Source: Curvibacter sp. AEP1-3 (lineage in GTDB: Bacteria > Pseudomonadota > Gammaproteobacteria > Burkholderiales > Burkholderiaceae_C). Taken from it: 43,862 nt of DNA. The notes beneath the pieces are model-generated. The model saw only the letters and a list, made by a program, of their open reading frames with translations. It ran no database searches and was not told the DNA's origin. Both the position numbers and the translations under genes were made by a program. How positions within the stretch are numbered: position 1 is the stretch's first letter; the number at the start of each line of letters is the position of its first letter. The stretch is taken from positions 1 to 43,862 of the forward strand of contig CALRMF020000001.1 of the NCBI GenBank assembly GCA_943369035.1. Reading direction: 5' to 3'. Shown here piece after piece: positions 21,098 to 30,511 of this stretch.

Positions 21098-23908
21098 TCA
21101 GGCCTGCGGCAGCCACAGGGTGACCGCGGTGCCGGCGCCAGGCGCGCTGCTCAGCTCGACCTCGCCACCGTGCAGTTCGACGATTTCCTTCACGATGCTC
21201 ATGCCCAGCCCGGTGCCGGGGATCTTGCCCGAGGCGTCGGCACGGTAGAAGCGCTCGCAGACGCGGCTGAGCTGCTCCGCGTTCATGCCGATGCCTTCGT
21301 CGCGCACCTGCACGCCGACGCGTGGCACGCCCTCACCTTGCGCCACCCGAAAGTCGATGTGCACCGCGCCGCCGGCCGGGGAATACTTGTAGGCGTTGGA
21401 CAGGATGTTGAGCAAGGCCTGCTGCATCTTGCTGCGGTCGACGTTGACCGGCATCGGCTGCAACGCCGGCGCCTGCGCGGGCGGCAGCCGTCCCTCGGGC
21501 GGCTTGTAGCCGGCCACGGCATCTGCCACGATGTCCTGCAGCACCACCCGCTCCAGCACGAAGTCCTTGCCGCGCCGCGCCTCGATGCGCGCCAGGTCGA
21601 GCAGCTCGTTGATGATCGACGACATCAGCGCCGACTGGCGTGAGATGGTGGCCAGGATCTCCTGGCGCTTGGGTGCATCGAACTCCTTCATGCGCAGCAG
21701 CTCCGAGTAGCCGAAGATGCTGGCCATCGGCGTGCGCAGCTCGTGCGCGGCGGTGGACAGGAACTCGCTTTTCATGCGGTCGACCTCGGTCTCGTGCGTG
21801 ACGTCGCGGAAGTACAGGATCTGCGACACCTGGGCTGCATTCGACAGGCGAAGCCCCACCTCCAGCACGCGGCTGGCCGGTGCGGCGAGTTCGAATTGCT
21901 GGCGCTGGTCCGCGGCCTCGCCGCCGCCCTCCTCGAGCTTGCGGCGCGCCGCGCGCAAGGCGGCCACGCCGGGGAAGCAGGCATTGGCCAGGCTGCGGCG
22001 CGCCAGCGTCTCGGAAAAGGCGGCCTCGTGCAGGCCGATCAGGTCGGTACGGTCCAGCCCGGTCATGCGCAGGAAGGCCTCGTTGACGAAATTCACCCGG
22101 CCCTGGCGGTCGAAGGAGACGAAACCGTCCGGGCTCAGGGTGAAGATGGCATCGAGCTGGGCCGAACGTTCATTGACCTCCCGGGTGCGCTGCTCCACCA
22201 GGTCCTCCAACTGCAGCTGGTAGCGCGACAGTTCGGCCTGCGCGGCCTTGCGTTCGGAGATGTCGCGCTGCAGCGCAATGACGAAGGTGCGCTCGCCCCA
22301 GGTGGCGCGGCTGAGCGACACCTCCGCGGCGTAGGTGCTGCCGTCCTTGCGCCGGTGCACAGTCTCGAAGAAGCGCCCGGCGGTGCCGACGTTGCCGAGC
22401 AGGGCATCGAGTTCGTGCGGGCGAAAGCGTGCGTCCCAGTCCGTCAGCCGCATCCGCATCAGTTCTTCATGGCGGTAGCCCAGCATCTCGGCGCATTTGG
22501 GGTTGGCCTCGAACACGCTGCCGTCGAGGTTGAGGATGGCCACGCCGTCGCGTTCGTGCTCGAACAATGCACGCCGGCGGGAGGCCTCGTCGGCAATGGC
22601 CTGCTGGGCCGCGCGCTGCTGCGCGTCCTGGCTGGCAATGGTGTCGAGCAGTGCGTCGAAGTGGTGGGACAGCACCCCGATCTCGTCCGGCCGGTCCGGC
22701 GTGCCGACCCGGGCCTGGCGCTGGCCCTCGCTGACGGCCGTCATGGTCTGTGCTATGGCTTGCAGCCGCTGCGTCAGGTCGCGCCCGGCGCGGATGAAGA
22801 GGTAGGACAGGCCGAGCATGGTGAGCGCCAGCAGTCCGGCCACCACGGCCAGCAGCAGCAGCATGACGCGCTGGAAGGGGCCATAGGGAAAACCCACGCC
22901 GATCATGCCGATGCGCTGCCCGTTGCCGTCCACGATCGCATCAAAGCCGCTCAGGTAGGTCTCGCCGTTGAACTCGGTCTTGCCTTGCCAGGACTGGTTC
23001 CGGCCGATGACGGTGTGGACGATCTCGTCCCCGATGCGGCTGCCGACGCTGCGCTGGCCTTGCTGGTGCTGGCGGCTGACCGCGATGCGCACGCCATCGA
23101 GAAAGATCGCCGTCATGCCTTCGGCGTCGTCGGGCAACGAACCGATCGGGTAGATGATCTCGCGCATGTGCTCGATCAGGGGGGCATTGCGGTTCAGCAG
23201 GATGCCGCCCAGCAGGATCAGGTCCGGTGTGTTCACGGCCAGCGGGAAATGCGCTGCCGCGTTGATCAGCAGCCCCCGCGTCTCTGGCGCGCCTGGGGTC
23301 GGGTTGCCGTCCGCGTCGCGGCTCGGCAGCAATGCCTGCTCGGGAAAGCGCGGTGCGAGCGCGTACAAGGCATCGGCATCGAAGCGCTCGTAGGCGGCAC
23401 TGGCCACGCCGATGCGGGCCTGCCGGATGACGTAGGAGTCGGGCAGCCGTCGGCTGGGCGTGGTGCCCGTGCTGGCGCCGACGACCTGGCCGTCGGCCGT
23501 GGCCACCAGCAGGAAGTCCAGCCCGCTGCCCTCGGCGGCGGTGGCCAAGGCACGGTCGAGGTCCTGTTGCCGGCCGGGTTGCCGCAGCAGCTCGATCAGC
23601 CGCTCCGAGCGCACGAGCTGGGTGACCCGCAGGCGCGCCTGGGACTTGATCTGGTCGAGGTAGTTGTTACTGCTGGCGAGGTGGCCGCGCAGGTTCGAAG
23701 ACAGAAGTTCGTGGGCGCGCTCGCCGCCCACCAGCACGATGACGGCGATCACGAAAGGAAAGGCCGCCAGCAGCGGCATGAGCCCGAGTGCGAGTAGGCG
23801 GAATCGCAAGGAGCCATGCCAGGCCGCGCGCCAGCGCTGCCGCCAGGGCAGCGCACGGGCGTGGGTTGACGCATCCGCAGCAAGGGGGGATGGGACAGGG
23901 GCATGCAT
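21098..23908 (-). CDS. Membrane sensor histidine kinase (TM-Cache-TM-HAMP-PAS-PAS-HisKA-HATPase)
   Basis: Two hydrophobic helices, Cache-like TAIFLDGVRI...GQRIGMIGVG, H-box AAHELRTP, N-box NILSNAYKYS, DEGIGM and GTGLG; start at 23908 or 23917 uncertain. Confidence 0.92.
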   Translation of the reverse strand: MHAPVPSPLAADASTHARALPWRQRWRAAWHGSLRFRLLALGLMPLLAAFPFVIAVIVLVGGERAHELLSSNLRGHLASSNNYLDQIKSQARLRVTQLVRSERLIELLRQPGRQQDLDRALATAAEGSGLDFLLVATADGQVVGASTGTTPSRRLPDSYVIRQARIGVASAAYERFDADALYALAPRFPEQALLPSRDADGNPTPGAPETRGLLINAAAHFPLAVNTPDLILLGGILLNRNAPLIEHMREIIYPIGSLPDDAEGMTAIFLDGVRIAVSRQHQQGQRSVGSRIGDEIVHTVIGRNQSWQGKTEFNGETYLSGFDAIVDGNGQRIGMIGVGFPYGPFQRVMLLLLAVVAGLLALTMLGLSYLFIRAGRDLTQRLQAIAQTMTAVSEGQRQARVGTPDRPDEIGVLSHHFDALLDTIASQDAQQRAAQQAIADEASRRRALFEHERDGVAILNLDGSVFEANPKCAEMLGYRHEELMRMRLTDWDARFRPHELDALLGNVGTAGRFFETVHRRKDGSTYAAEVSLSRATWGERTFVIALQRDISERKAAQAELSRYQLQLEDLVEQRTREVNERSAQLDAIFTLSPDGFVSFDRQGRVNFVNEAFLRMTGLDRTDLIGLHEAAFSETLARRSLANACFPGVAALRAARRKLEEGGGEAADQRQQFELAAPASRVLEVGLRLSNAAQVSQILYFRDVTHETEVDRMKSEFLSTAAHELRTPMASIFGYSELLRMKEFDAPKRQEILATISRQSALMSSIINELLDLARIEARRGKDFVLERVVLQDIVADAVAGYKPPEGRLPPAQAPALQPMPVNVDRSKMQQALLNILSNAYKYSPAGGAVHIDFRVAQGEGVPRVGVQVRDEGIGMNAEQLSRVCERFYRADASGKIPGTGLGMSIVKEIVELHGGEVELSSAPGAGTAVTLWLPQA

Positions 23909-23973
23909 GATATGCATTGAAAATTGTATCAAAATTGATAAAATACGCAACATTGCGATCGACTATTCGATCG
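23903..23973. promoter_or_regulatory. Divergent promoter region with an AT-rich core and four tandem palindromes
   Basis: ATGCAT-GAT-ATGCAT, TATCAA-AA-TTGATA, CGCAA-CA-TTGCG and CGATCGA-CTAT-TCGATCG. Confidence 0.55.
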
Positions 23974-23992
23974 ACCTTGCGAGGAAGCCAGC

Positions 23993-25105
23993 ATGTTCAA
24001 ACGCTCATTCACCAAGTTCTCCCTGGCACTGCTGCTGGGTGGCCTGCTCAGCGCCTGCGGGCCGCAGCAGCCGGTCTACATCGGTTTCATTGGCGGTCTG
24101 AGCGACCGCAACTCGGACAACGGCCAGTCCGGTCTCAACGGTGTCATTCTCGCGGTGGAACAGTTCAACCGCGCCGGCGGGCTGGATGGGCGCATGGTGG
24201 AGCTGATCGCCAAAGACGATGCCCAGAACAAGGAAACCGCGGCCAAGTCGGCGCGGGAACTGGTGGATGCCAAGGTGGAGGCGGTCATCGGTCCTTTCAC
24301 CAGCGGCATGGCCGAAGTGATTGTGCCCATCACGGGCGCGGCCGGCATCTTCCAGGTCAGCCCGACCATCACCTCGATGGCTTTCTACGGCAAGGACGAC
24401 AACCTGCTTCGCATCAACCGCACCACGCGCGACAACGCGCGAGACTATGCGCGCGTGATGGTCAGCCGCGGCCAGCGCCAGATCGCGGTGGCCTACGACA
24501 CGCGCAACCGCAACTTCACCGAATCCTGGCTGAACGAGTTCCGCGAGGCGGTGGCCGCTGCCGGCGGCGGCGTGGTGGCCAGCGTCCCCTACGAGTCCAG
24601 CCCGGATGCCGATTGGGAAGGCATCGTGCGCAAGATGCTGGTAAGCCGGCCTGACAGCCTGTTCTTCATCTCCGGCGCGCTCGATGTGGCGCGGCTGGCG
24701 CAGCAGGCGCGCAAGCAGGCGCCCAAGTTGCCCATTGGTGCGTCCGAATGGGCCTCGACCGAGCAGTTGATCGAGCTCGGCGGCGACGTGGTGCAGGGCC
24801 TGCTGATCGTGCAGAACTACGATCGCGACGACGCATCGCCGAAGTTCAAGGAGTTCACCGAGGCCTACTACAAGCGCTTTCAGCGCAACCCGGGCTACAG
24901 CTCGGTCTCGGCCTACGATGCCGCCACCGTGGTGCTGACAGCGTTGAAGAAGCGCGGCAAGGGCGAAAGCCTCAAGAGTACCGCGCTGAAGAACGGCCCC
25001 TACCAGGGCCTGCAGCAGCAGATTGTGTTTGACGTCAACGGCGACACCCAGCGCAAGGTGTTCTTCACCGAGATCCGCGACGGCCGTTACGTGCAGCTGA
25101 AGTAA
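23993..25105 (+). CDS. Periplasmic substrate-binding protein, LivJ/branched-chain amino-acid-binding family (lipoprotein)
   Basis: Lipobox LSAC, IGFIGGLS, GVILAVEQFNRAGGLDGR, VIGPFTS and AYDAATV motifs; GAGGA ribosome-binding site. Confidence 0.88.
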   Translation: MFKRSFTKFSLALLLGGLLSACGPQQPVYIGFIGGLSDRNSDNGQSGLNGVILAVEQFNRAGGLDGRMVELIAKDDAQNKETAAKSARELVDAKVEAVIGPFTSGMAEVIVPITGAAGIFQVSPTITSMAFYGKDDNLLRINRTTRDNARDYARVMVSRGQRQIAVAYDTRNRNFTESWLNEFREAVAAAGGGVVASVPYESSPDADWEGIVRKMLVSRPDSLFFISGALDVARLAQQARKQAPKLPIGASEWASTEQLIELGGDVVQGLLIVQNYDRDDASPKFKEFTEAYYKRFQRNPGYSSVSAYDAATVVLTALKKRGKGESLKSTALKNGPYQGLQQQIVFDVNGDTQRKVFFTEIRDGRYVQLK

Positions 25106-25119
25106 GGGCCTGTCGCGGC

Positions 25120-25944
25120 TCAGGCCGGCGGCAGCCGGCCGCCGCTGCAACGCTCGATGCCGGCCAGGTCAGGGCGCGACTGCACCTCGGCCAGCCCCGC
25201 GCCCTGGAGCAGGGCGCGCACGGCCGGCGCCTGATCCCATCCGTGTTCCAGCAGCAGCCAGCCACCGGGCTGCAAGTGGGCTGGCGCCTGCGCCACGATG
25301 GCGCGGATGTCGTCCAGCCCGTCGCGGCCGGCCGTGAGCGCCTGGCGCGGCTCGTACTGCAGCGCCGGCAGGTGCGGGTCGTCCTCGGCGATGTAGGGCG
25401 GGTTGGAGACGATGAGGTCGTAGCGCGCCGTGAGGCCATCCAGCCAGTGGCCCGGCCGCAATTCGATCGCCAGCTTCAGCGCCTGCGCGTTGGCGCCTGC
25501 CACGGCGAGCGCGTCCGCGCTGGCGTCAACGGCGGTCACTTGCGCATCGGGACGCGTGTGCTTGATCGCCAGTGCAATCGCGCCGCTGCCGGTACCCAGG
25601 TCAATCACCTGCGGGGCGGCCCTGTCGCGCAAACAATCCAGCGCCCAGTCCACCAGCGTCTCGGTATCCGGCCGCGGATCGAGCACGCGCGCATCCACCT
25701 GCAGCGGCAAGCCGTAGAACTCCTTGACGCCACTCAGGTAGGCCAGCGGTTCGCCGGCGGCACGGCGCTGTGCCAGCGCCAGGAAGCGCGCCTGCACGGT
25801 TGGAGTCAAGGCATCCGTGTCGTGCGCCAGCAGCCAGGCGCGTTCGTGAGACGGCCGTCCGAGCGCCAGCAGCAGCAGCAGCTGGGCGTCGAGCCGGTCC
25901 AGGCCAAGGGCCTGGGCGGCGGCGAGGGCTTGTGTGACGGTCAT
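25120..25944 (-). CDS. prmC: Release factor glutamine methyltransferase
   Basis: RRAAGEPLAYL, VLDPRPDTE, DLGTGSGAIA and SNPPY motifs. Confidence 0.97.
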   Translation of the reverse strand: MTVTQALAAAQALGLDRLDAQLLLLLALGRPSHERAWLLAHDTDALTPTVQARFLALAQRRAAGEPLAYLSGVKEFYGLPLQVDARVLDPRPDTETLVDWALDCLRDRAAPQVIDLGTGSGAIALAIKHTRPDAQVTAVDASADALAVAGANAQALKLAIELRPGHWLDGLTARYDLIVSNPPYIAEDDPHLPALQYEPRQALTAGRDGLDDIRAIVAQAPAHLQPGGWLLLEHGWDQAPAVRALLQGAGLAEVQSRPDLAGIERCSGGRLPPA

Positions 25945-25949
25945 GGGGT

Positions 25950-26013
25950 TGCTATCAAAAAAGGAGCTGCCGGCGCTTTTTTCATCGGCTTGGGACGCTG
26001 ATTTGATCCGTAG
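25950..26013 (+). repeat. Dispersed ~64-bp intergenic repeat, copy C (degenerate)
   Basis: TGCTATCAAAAAAGGAGCT (same TGCT-N11-AGCT head), second hairpin degenerate, ATTTGA tail; fills the prmC-prfA gap. Confidence 0.5.
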
Positions 26014-26014
26014 A

Positions 26015-27100
26015 TCAGGCGGTGCCCACTTCCAGTTCGGCCAATTGTTCGGCTTCGCGTGCGTGGCGCAGGGCTGCCACCACCTCGTCCAGTTCGCCTT
26101 CCATGATGCGGTCGAGCTTGTAGAGCGTGAGGTTGATGCGGTGGTCGGTCAGACGTCCCTGCGGGAAGTTGTAGGTGCGGATGCGGTCACTGCGGTCACC
26201 GCTGCCGATCAGGCCCTTGCGCATGGCCGCGTCCTTGGCGGCGCGCTCGTTGCGCTCCTTTTCCTGGATGCGCGCGGCCAGCACCTGCAGCGCCTTGGCC
26301 TTGTTGCGGTGCTGGCTGCGGTCGTCCTGGCACTCGGCCACGATGCCGGTCGGGATGTGGGTGATGCGCACCGCCGAATCGGTCTTGTTGATGTGCTGGC
26401 CACCGGCGCCGCTGGCGCGGAAGGTGTCGATGCGCAGGTCGGCCGGGTTGATCTGCACCGCCTGGGCCTCGTCCGGCTCCGGCAGCACGGCCACGGTGCA
26501 GGCGCTGGTGTGGATGCGGCCCTGGGTTTCGGTGGCCGGCACGCGCTGCACGCGGTGGCCGCCGGACTCGAAGCGCAGGTCGCCGTACACATGGTCGCCC
26601 TCGATGCGCAGCACCACTTCCTTGTAGCCACCCAACTCGCTGGGTGACTCACTCATCAGCTCGGTCTTCCAGCCGCGGGAGGCGGCATAGCGGGTGTACA
26701 TGCGCAGCAAGTCGCCGGCAAACAGTGCCGACTCGTCGCCGCCGGTGCCGGCGCGGATTTCCAGGAAGGCGGATCTAGCGTCGTCCGGGTCCTTGGGCAG
26801 CAGCAGGCGCTGCAGTTCGTCTTCCAGTTGGGCCAGTTCGGCCGTAGCGGCGCTGATTTCCTCCTGCGCCATCGCTGCCATGTCGGGGTCGGCCAGCATC
26901 TCCTGTGCGCTGGTCAGGTCCGCTTCGCGTTGCTGGTAGCGCGCATAGCGGCCCGCGATCTGCGTCACCTCGTTGTGCTCGCGCGAGAGCACGAGGAACT
27001 GGCTCATGTCGGCCATGATGTCCTCACGCGAGAGCAGGAAGTTCAGCTCTTCGAGGCGTTGGGCGTAGCGTTCGAGTTGTTGGCGCAGAAACGGCTTCAT
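26015..27100 (-). CDS. prfA: Peptide chain release factor 1
   Basis: [22 protein letters not shown] (PxT motif), [13 protein letters not shown] and [11 protein letters not shown]. Confidence 0.98.
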   Translation of the reverse strand: MKPFLRQQLERYAQRLEELNFLLSREDIMADMSQFLVLSREHNEVTQIAGRYARYQQREADLTSAQEMLADPDMAAMAQEEISAATAELAQLEDELQRLLLPKDPDDARSAFLEIRAGTGGDESALFAGDLLRMYTRYAASRGWKTELMSESPSELGGYKEVVLRIEGDHVYGDLRFESGGHRVQRVPATETQGRIHTSACTVAVLPEPDEAQAVQINPADLRIDTFRASGAGGQHINKTDSAVRITHIPTGIVAECQDDRSQHRNKAKALQVLAARIQEKERNERAAKDAAMRKGLIGSGDRSDRIRTYNFPQGRLTDHRINLTLYKLDRIMEGELDEVVAALRHAREAEQLAELEVGTA

Positions 27101-27169
27101 GGAAGGGCAGGAAAGCGGGGAGGAACGCTCCGGACCACGCCGGAGACCGAGCAGGGCGCGGGGGCGCCG

Positions 27170-28429
27170 CTAGCGCTCTTTGCGCAGGAAGAAGTGCTGG
27201 ATGGCGGTGCTGGCGCGTTCGCGCGCCGCAGCGTCGCCGGCATGCAGTTCGGCCAGGGCGCCGTGCAGCAGCTTTTGCGTCAGGCCCTTGGACAGGGCTT
27301 CGAGCACGGCCTCCACATCCTCACCGCGGGCCAGGGCCTTGCGGGCGCGGGCGATCTCGGTGGCACGCCACTCGTCGGCCTGGGCGTTGAGCTGCTGGAT
27401 CAACGGCACGCTGCTGCGCTGGTCCATCCAGTGCAGGAAGCTCTGTACGCCGGCGTCGATGATGACTTCGGCCTCGGCCACGGCGGCCTGCCGGTTGGCC
27501 TGCGCGGTCTGCACCACGGCGGCCAGATCGTCGACGGTGTAGAGGTAGACGTCGGACAGCGCCTTGACCTCGGGCTCGATGTCGCGCGGCACCGCCAGGT
27601 CGACCATGAACATCGGGCGGTGGCGGCGCAGCTTCAGCGCCCGCTCCACCGCCCCCAGGCCGATCAGCGGCAGGGTGCTGGCGGTGCAGCTGATGACGGC
27701 ATCGAATTCGTGCAGGCGGCTGGGCAGGTCGGCCAGACGCATGACTTCGGCGCCGAAGCGGCTGGCCAGTTTCTCGCCGCGGTCCATCGAGCGGTTGGCG
27801 ATCACCATCGCCTTCGGCTGTTTGGCCGCGAAGTGGGTGGCCGCCAGCTCGATCATCTCGCCGGCACCGACGAAGAGCACACGAATCTGGCTCAGGTCTT
27901 CGAACAGCTGGCCGGCCAGACGCACGCTGGCGGCCGCCATGCTGATGGAATGGGCGCCGATCTCGGTCGAGGTGCGCACCTCTTTGGCCACGGCAAAGGA
28001 GCGCTGGAACAGCTGGTTGAGCGTGGTGCCCAGGGCGCCGGCCTCTTCGGCGGCGCGCACGGCGTCCTTCATCTGGCCCAGGATCTGCGGCTCGCCCAGC
28101 ACCATGGAGTCCAGTCCGCTGGCGACGCGGAAGGCGTGGCGCGCCGCCTGGCCGTCTTCCAGCAGGTAAGTATGCGAGCGCAGCAGGGCCGGCGAGACGC
28201 CGCCGCTGTGGGCCAGCCATTCGAGTGTCGGCACCACCTCCAGCTGGTCGCCGGCACAGTAGATCTCGGTGCGGTTGCAGGTGGAGATCAGCGCGGCCTC
28301 GGGTGGGCGCGACAGCGCGCCGCGCAGGCCGTGCAGCGTGGGGCCGATCTGGTCGAGCGCAAAGGCAAACCGGCCGCGCAAGTCGAGCGGCGCGGTCGTG
28401 TGATTGATGCCCAAAGCCCAGACTGCCAT
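27170..28429 (-). CDS. hemA: Glutamyl-tRNA reductase
   Basis: [15 protein letters not shown] (catalytic Cys), [20 protein letters not shown] and DLAVPRD motifs. Confidence 0.98.
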   Translation of the reverse strand: MAVWALGINHTTAPLDLRGRFAFALDQIGPTLHGLRGALSRPPEAALISTCNRTEIYCAGDQLEVVPTLEWLAHSGGVSPALLRSHTYLLEDGQAARHAFRVASGLDSMVLGEPQILGQMKDAVRAAEEAGALGTTLNQLFQRSFAVAKEVRTSTEIGAHSISMAAASVRLAGQLFEDLSQIRVLFVGAGEMIELAATHFAAKQPKAMVIANRSMDRGEKLASRFGAEVMRLADLPSRLHEFDAVISCTASTLPLIGLGAVERALKLRRHRPMFMVDLAVPRDIEPEVKALSDVYLYTVDDLAAVVQTAQANRQAAVAEAEVIIDAGVQSFLHWMDQRSSVPLIQQLNAQADEWRATEIARARKALARGEDVEAVLEALSKGLTQKLLHGALAELHAGDAAARERASTAIQHFFLRKER

Positions 28430-28490
28430 GACCGGATTATAAAATTTCGCCATGCAACAAGCCCCGGCCTCTTTTTGCGGCTGATTCAGC

Positions 28491-28769
28491 ATGACCCTGA
28501 CCGACATCCTGCTGCACCTGCTGAACTTCGTCGCGCCGGCACTGGTGCTGGCGCTGCTGCTGCCTTGGCTGCCCCGTCTTCTGTGGAAAAAATCGACCCC
28601 GGGCCTTGCCTGGTGGGCGCAGATTGCTATCAACTTTGTAGTGGGTGTGGCCGTCCTGCAGGGCTGCCTGTGGTGGCTGGGGCGTGACGGCAAGATGGCC
28701 GCCTACGGCCTGCTGGTGCTGGTGCTGGCCAGCAGCCAGTGGCTGCTGTCACGCGCCTGGCGCAAATAG
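28491..28769 (+). CDS. Small hypothetical membrane protein
   Basis: 92 aa, about three hydrophobic helices, HLLNFVAPA and GRDGKMAAY segments; divergent from hemA. Confidence 0.7.
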   Translation: MTLTDILLHLLNFVAPALVLALLLPWLPRLLWKKSTPGLAWWAQIAINFVVGVAVLQGCLWWLGRDGKMAAYGLLVLVLASSQWLLSRAWRK

Positions 28770-29498
28770 GTCGATCCGGTCGGTGATGAGGCTGTCGACG
28801 CCCAGTGCCAGCAGCCGCTGCGCCACCTCGGGCTGGTTGACGGTGTAGCTCAGGGTGCGCAGCCCGGCATCGCGTGCCTTGGCATGGGAGGTAGCGTCCC
28901 ACAGCGGGTAGTGGCAGACCACGGCCACGCAGCCCAACTCCAGCGCGATCCGATCCCAGTCTGGCCAGAGCTGGTGCAGCAACAGGCCGCGAGGCAGTTG
29001 CGGCGCGGCGTCGCGCGCGCCCTGCAGCGCCTCGGGCTGGAAGGAGGTCAGCAGGGGCGGTACGGCGGCGCCTTGCAACCAGATGGCAGCGGCCGCAGCG
29101 ACCACCTCGCCGGTGTGTCGCTCGGTGCCAGGTGTCGGCTTGATCTCGATGTTGAGCAGCAATTGCTGTTCCTGGCAGTAGCGGACCACGTCTTCCAGTG
29201 CAGGCAGCGCTTCGCCGGCGTAGCCGGGCGAATGCCAACGGCCGGCATCGAGCTGCGCCAGGGCCTGCCAGGGCAGGTCGCCGGCGGTGCCGTGGCCTGT
29301 GGTGGTGCGCTCCAGGGTGGCATCGTGCAGCAGGAAGGGCACGTCGTCCTGCGACAGCTTGGCATCGCATTCGAACATGCGATAGCCATGGCTGGCGCCG
29401 AGCCGCATGGCGGCGAGCGTGTTTTCGGGCGCCAGCAGGCCGGCGCCGCGGTGGGCGATCCAGCGTGGGTAGAGCCAGGGCGGCAGGTGGCGAGTCAT
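28749..29498 (-). CDS. ugpQ: Glycerophosphodiester phosphodiesterase
   Basis: IAHRGAG, PENTLAA, ECDAKL, LLHD, NIEIK, YTVN and ITD motifs. Confidence 0.95.
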   Translation of the reverse strand: MTRHLPPWLYPRWIAHRGAGLLAPENTLAAMRLGASHGYRMFECDAKLSQDDVPFLLHDATLERTTTGHGTAGDLPWQALAQLDAGRWHSPGYAGEALPALEDVVRYCQEQQLLLNIEIKPTPGTERHTGEVVAAAAAIWLQGAAVPPLLTSFQPEALQGARDAAPQLPRGLLLHQLWPDWDRIALELGCVAVVCHYPLWDATSHAKARDAGLRTLSYTVNQPEVAQRLLALGVDSLITDRIDLFAPGA

Positions 29499-30499
29499 AG
29501 CCGCTTTCCGGTGTCGGCATCAAACCACTGGATGCAGTCCTCCCGTGGCTGCACATGGATGGTACTGCCGGCGAGGGGCGCCTGCATTGCGCCGTCGACG
29601 CGCACACTGAGGCGCTCCGCGCCCAGGCGGACGTGGAGGATACTTTCGGCGCCCAGCAGTTCGCAGGCCTCGACCACGACGGCCCAGCCGTGGTCCCCCA
29701 CCGCCAGATGCTCGGGGCGGATGCCCAGCACCCTGCCGGGCTGGCCGCCCGGCACGTCGCGCAGCAGGTTCATCGGCGGCGAGCCGATGAAGCTGGCCAC
29801 GAAGGTGCTGGCGGGGCGTCGGTAGACCTCTTCCGGCGTGCCGAACTGCTCCATGACGCCGCCGTTCATGACGATCATGCGCTGCGCCAGTGTCATGGCC
29901 TCCACCTGGTCGTGGGTCACGAACAGGCTGGTGATGCCCAGGTCGCGGTGCAGTTTCTGGATCTCGAGCCGCGTCTGGGCGCGCAGCTTGGCGTCCAGGT
30001 TGGAGAGGGGTTCATCGAACAGGAAGACCTGCGGCTGGCGCACGATGGCGCGGCCCATGGCCACGCGCTGACGCTGGCCGCCCGAGAGCTGGCGTGGCTT
30101 GCGCTCAAGCAGGTGGGAGAGCTCCAGGATGCCGGCCGCCTTCTCGACCCGGGCGCGGATTTCGTCCTTGGGCAGCTTGCGGATCTTCAGGCCGTAGGCC
30201 ATGTTGTCGAACACGCTCATGTGCGGGTAGAGCGCGTAGTTCTGGAACACCATGGCGATGTCGCGCTCTGCGGGTTCCAACTGGTTGACCACGCGCGCAC
30301 CGATGCGGATTTCGCCCTCGCTGATCTCCTCCAGCCCGGCGACCATGCGCAGCAGGGTGGACTTGCCGCAGCCCGAAGGGCCGACGATGACGATGAACTC
30401 GCCATCGGCGATCTCGGCGTTGACACCGTGGATGACCTGGTTGGCCTTGGGGCCGTGGCCGTAGCGCTTGATGACGTTGGAGAGGGTCAGGGAGGCCAT
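29495..30499 (-). CDS. ugpC: sn-glycerol-3-phosphate ABC transporter ATP-binding protein
   Basis: [28 protein letters not shown] and [12 protein letters not shown] motifs; operon context. Confidence 0.95.
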   Translation of the reverse strand: MASLTLSNVIKRYGHGPKANQVIHGVNAEIADGEFIVIVGPSGCGKSTLLRMVAGLEEISEGEIRIGARVVNQLEPAERDIAMVFQNYALYPHMSVFDNMAYGLKIRKLPKDEIRARVEKAAGILELSHLLERKPRQLSGGQRQRVAMGRAIVRQPQVFLFDEPLSNLDAKLRAQTRLEIQKLHRDLGITSLFVTHDQVEAMTLAQRMIVMNGGVMEQFGTPEEVYRRPASTFVASFIGSPPMNLLRDVPGGQPGRVLGIRPEHLAVGDHGWAVVVEACELLGAESILHVRLGAERLSVRVDGAMQAPLAGSTIHVQPREDCIQWFDADTGKRL

Positions 30500-30511
30500 G
30501 AGTTCAGTCTC

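Noticed and set aside
23917-23940. FNR or Fur box in the kinase/binding-protein promoter
   Set aside because: TTGAA...ATCAA has a 6-nt spacer rather than FNR's 4, and the Fur 7-1-7 register is off by one, so no regulator is assigned
19175-25119. Signalling cassette as a mobile element
   Set aside because: No integrase or transposase, no flanking direct repeats seen, and the coding sequence is as GC-rich as its neighbours
26015-27100. Programmed frameshift in the release factor gene
   Set aside because: This is RF1 (PxT motif) with a continuous reading frame; the frameshift is a feature of prfB
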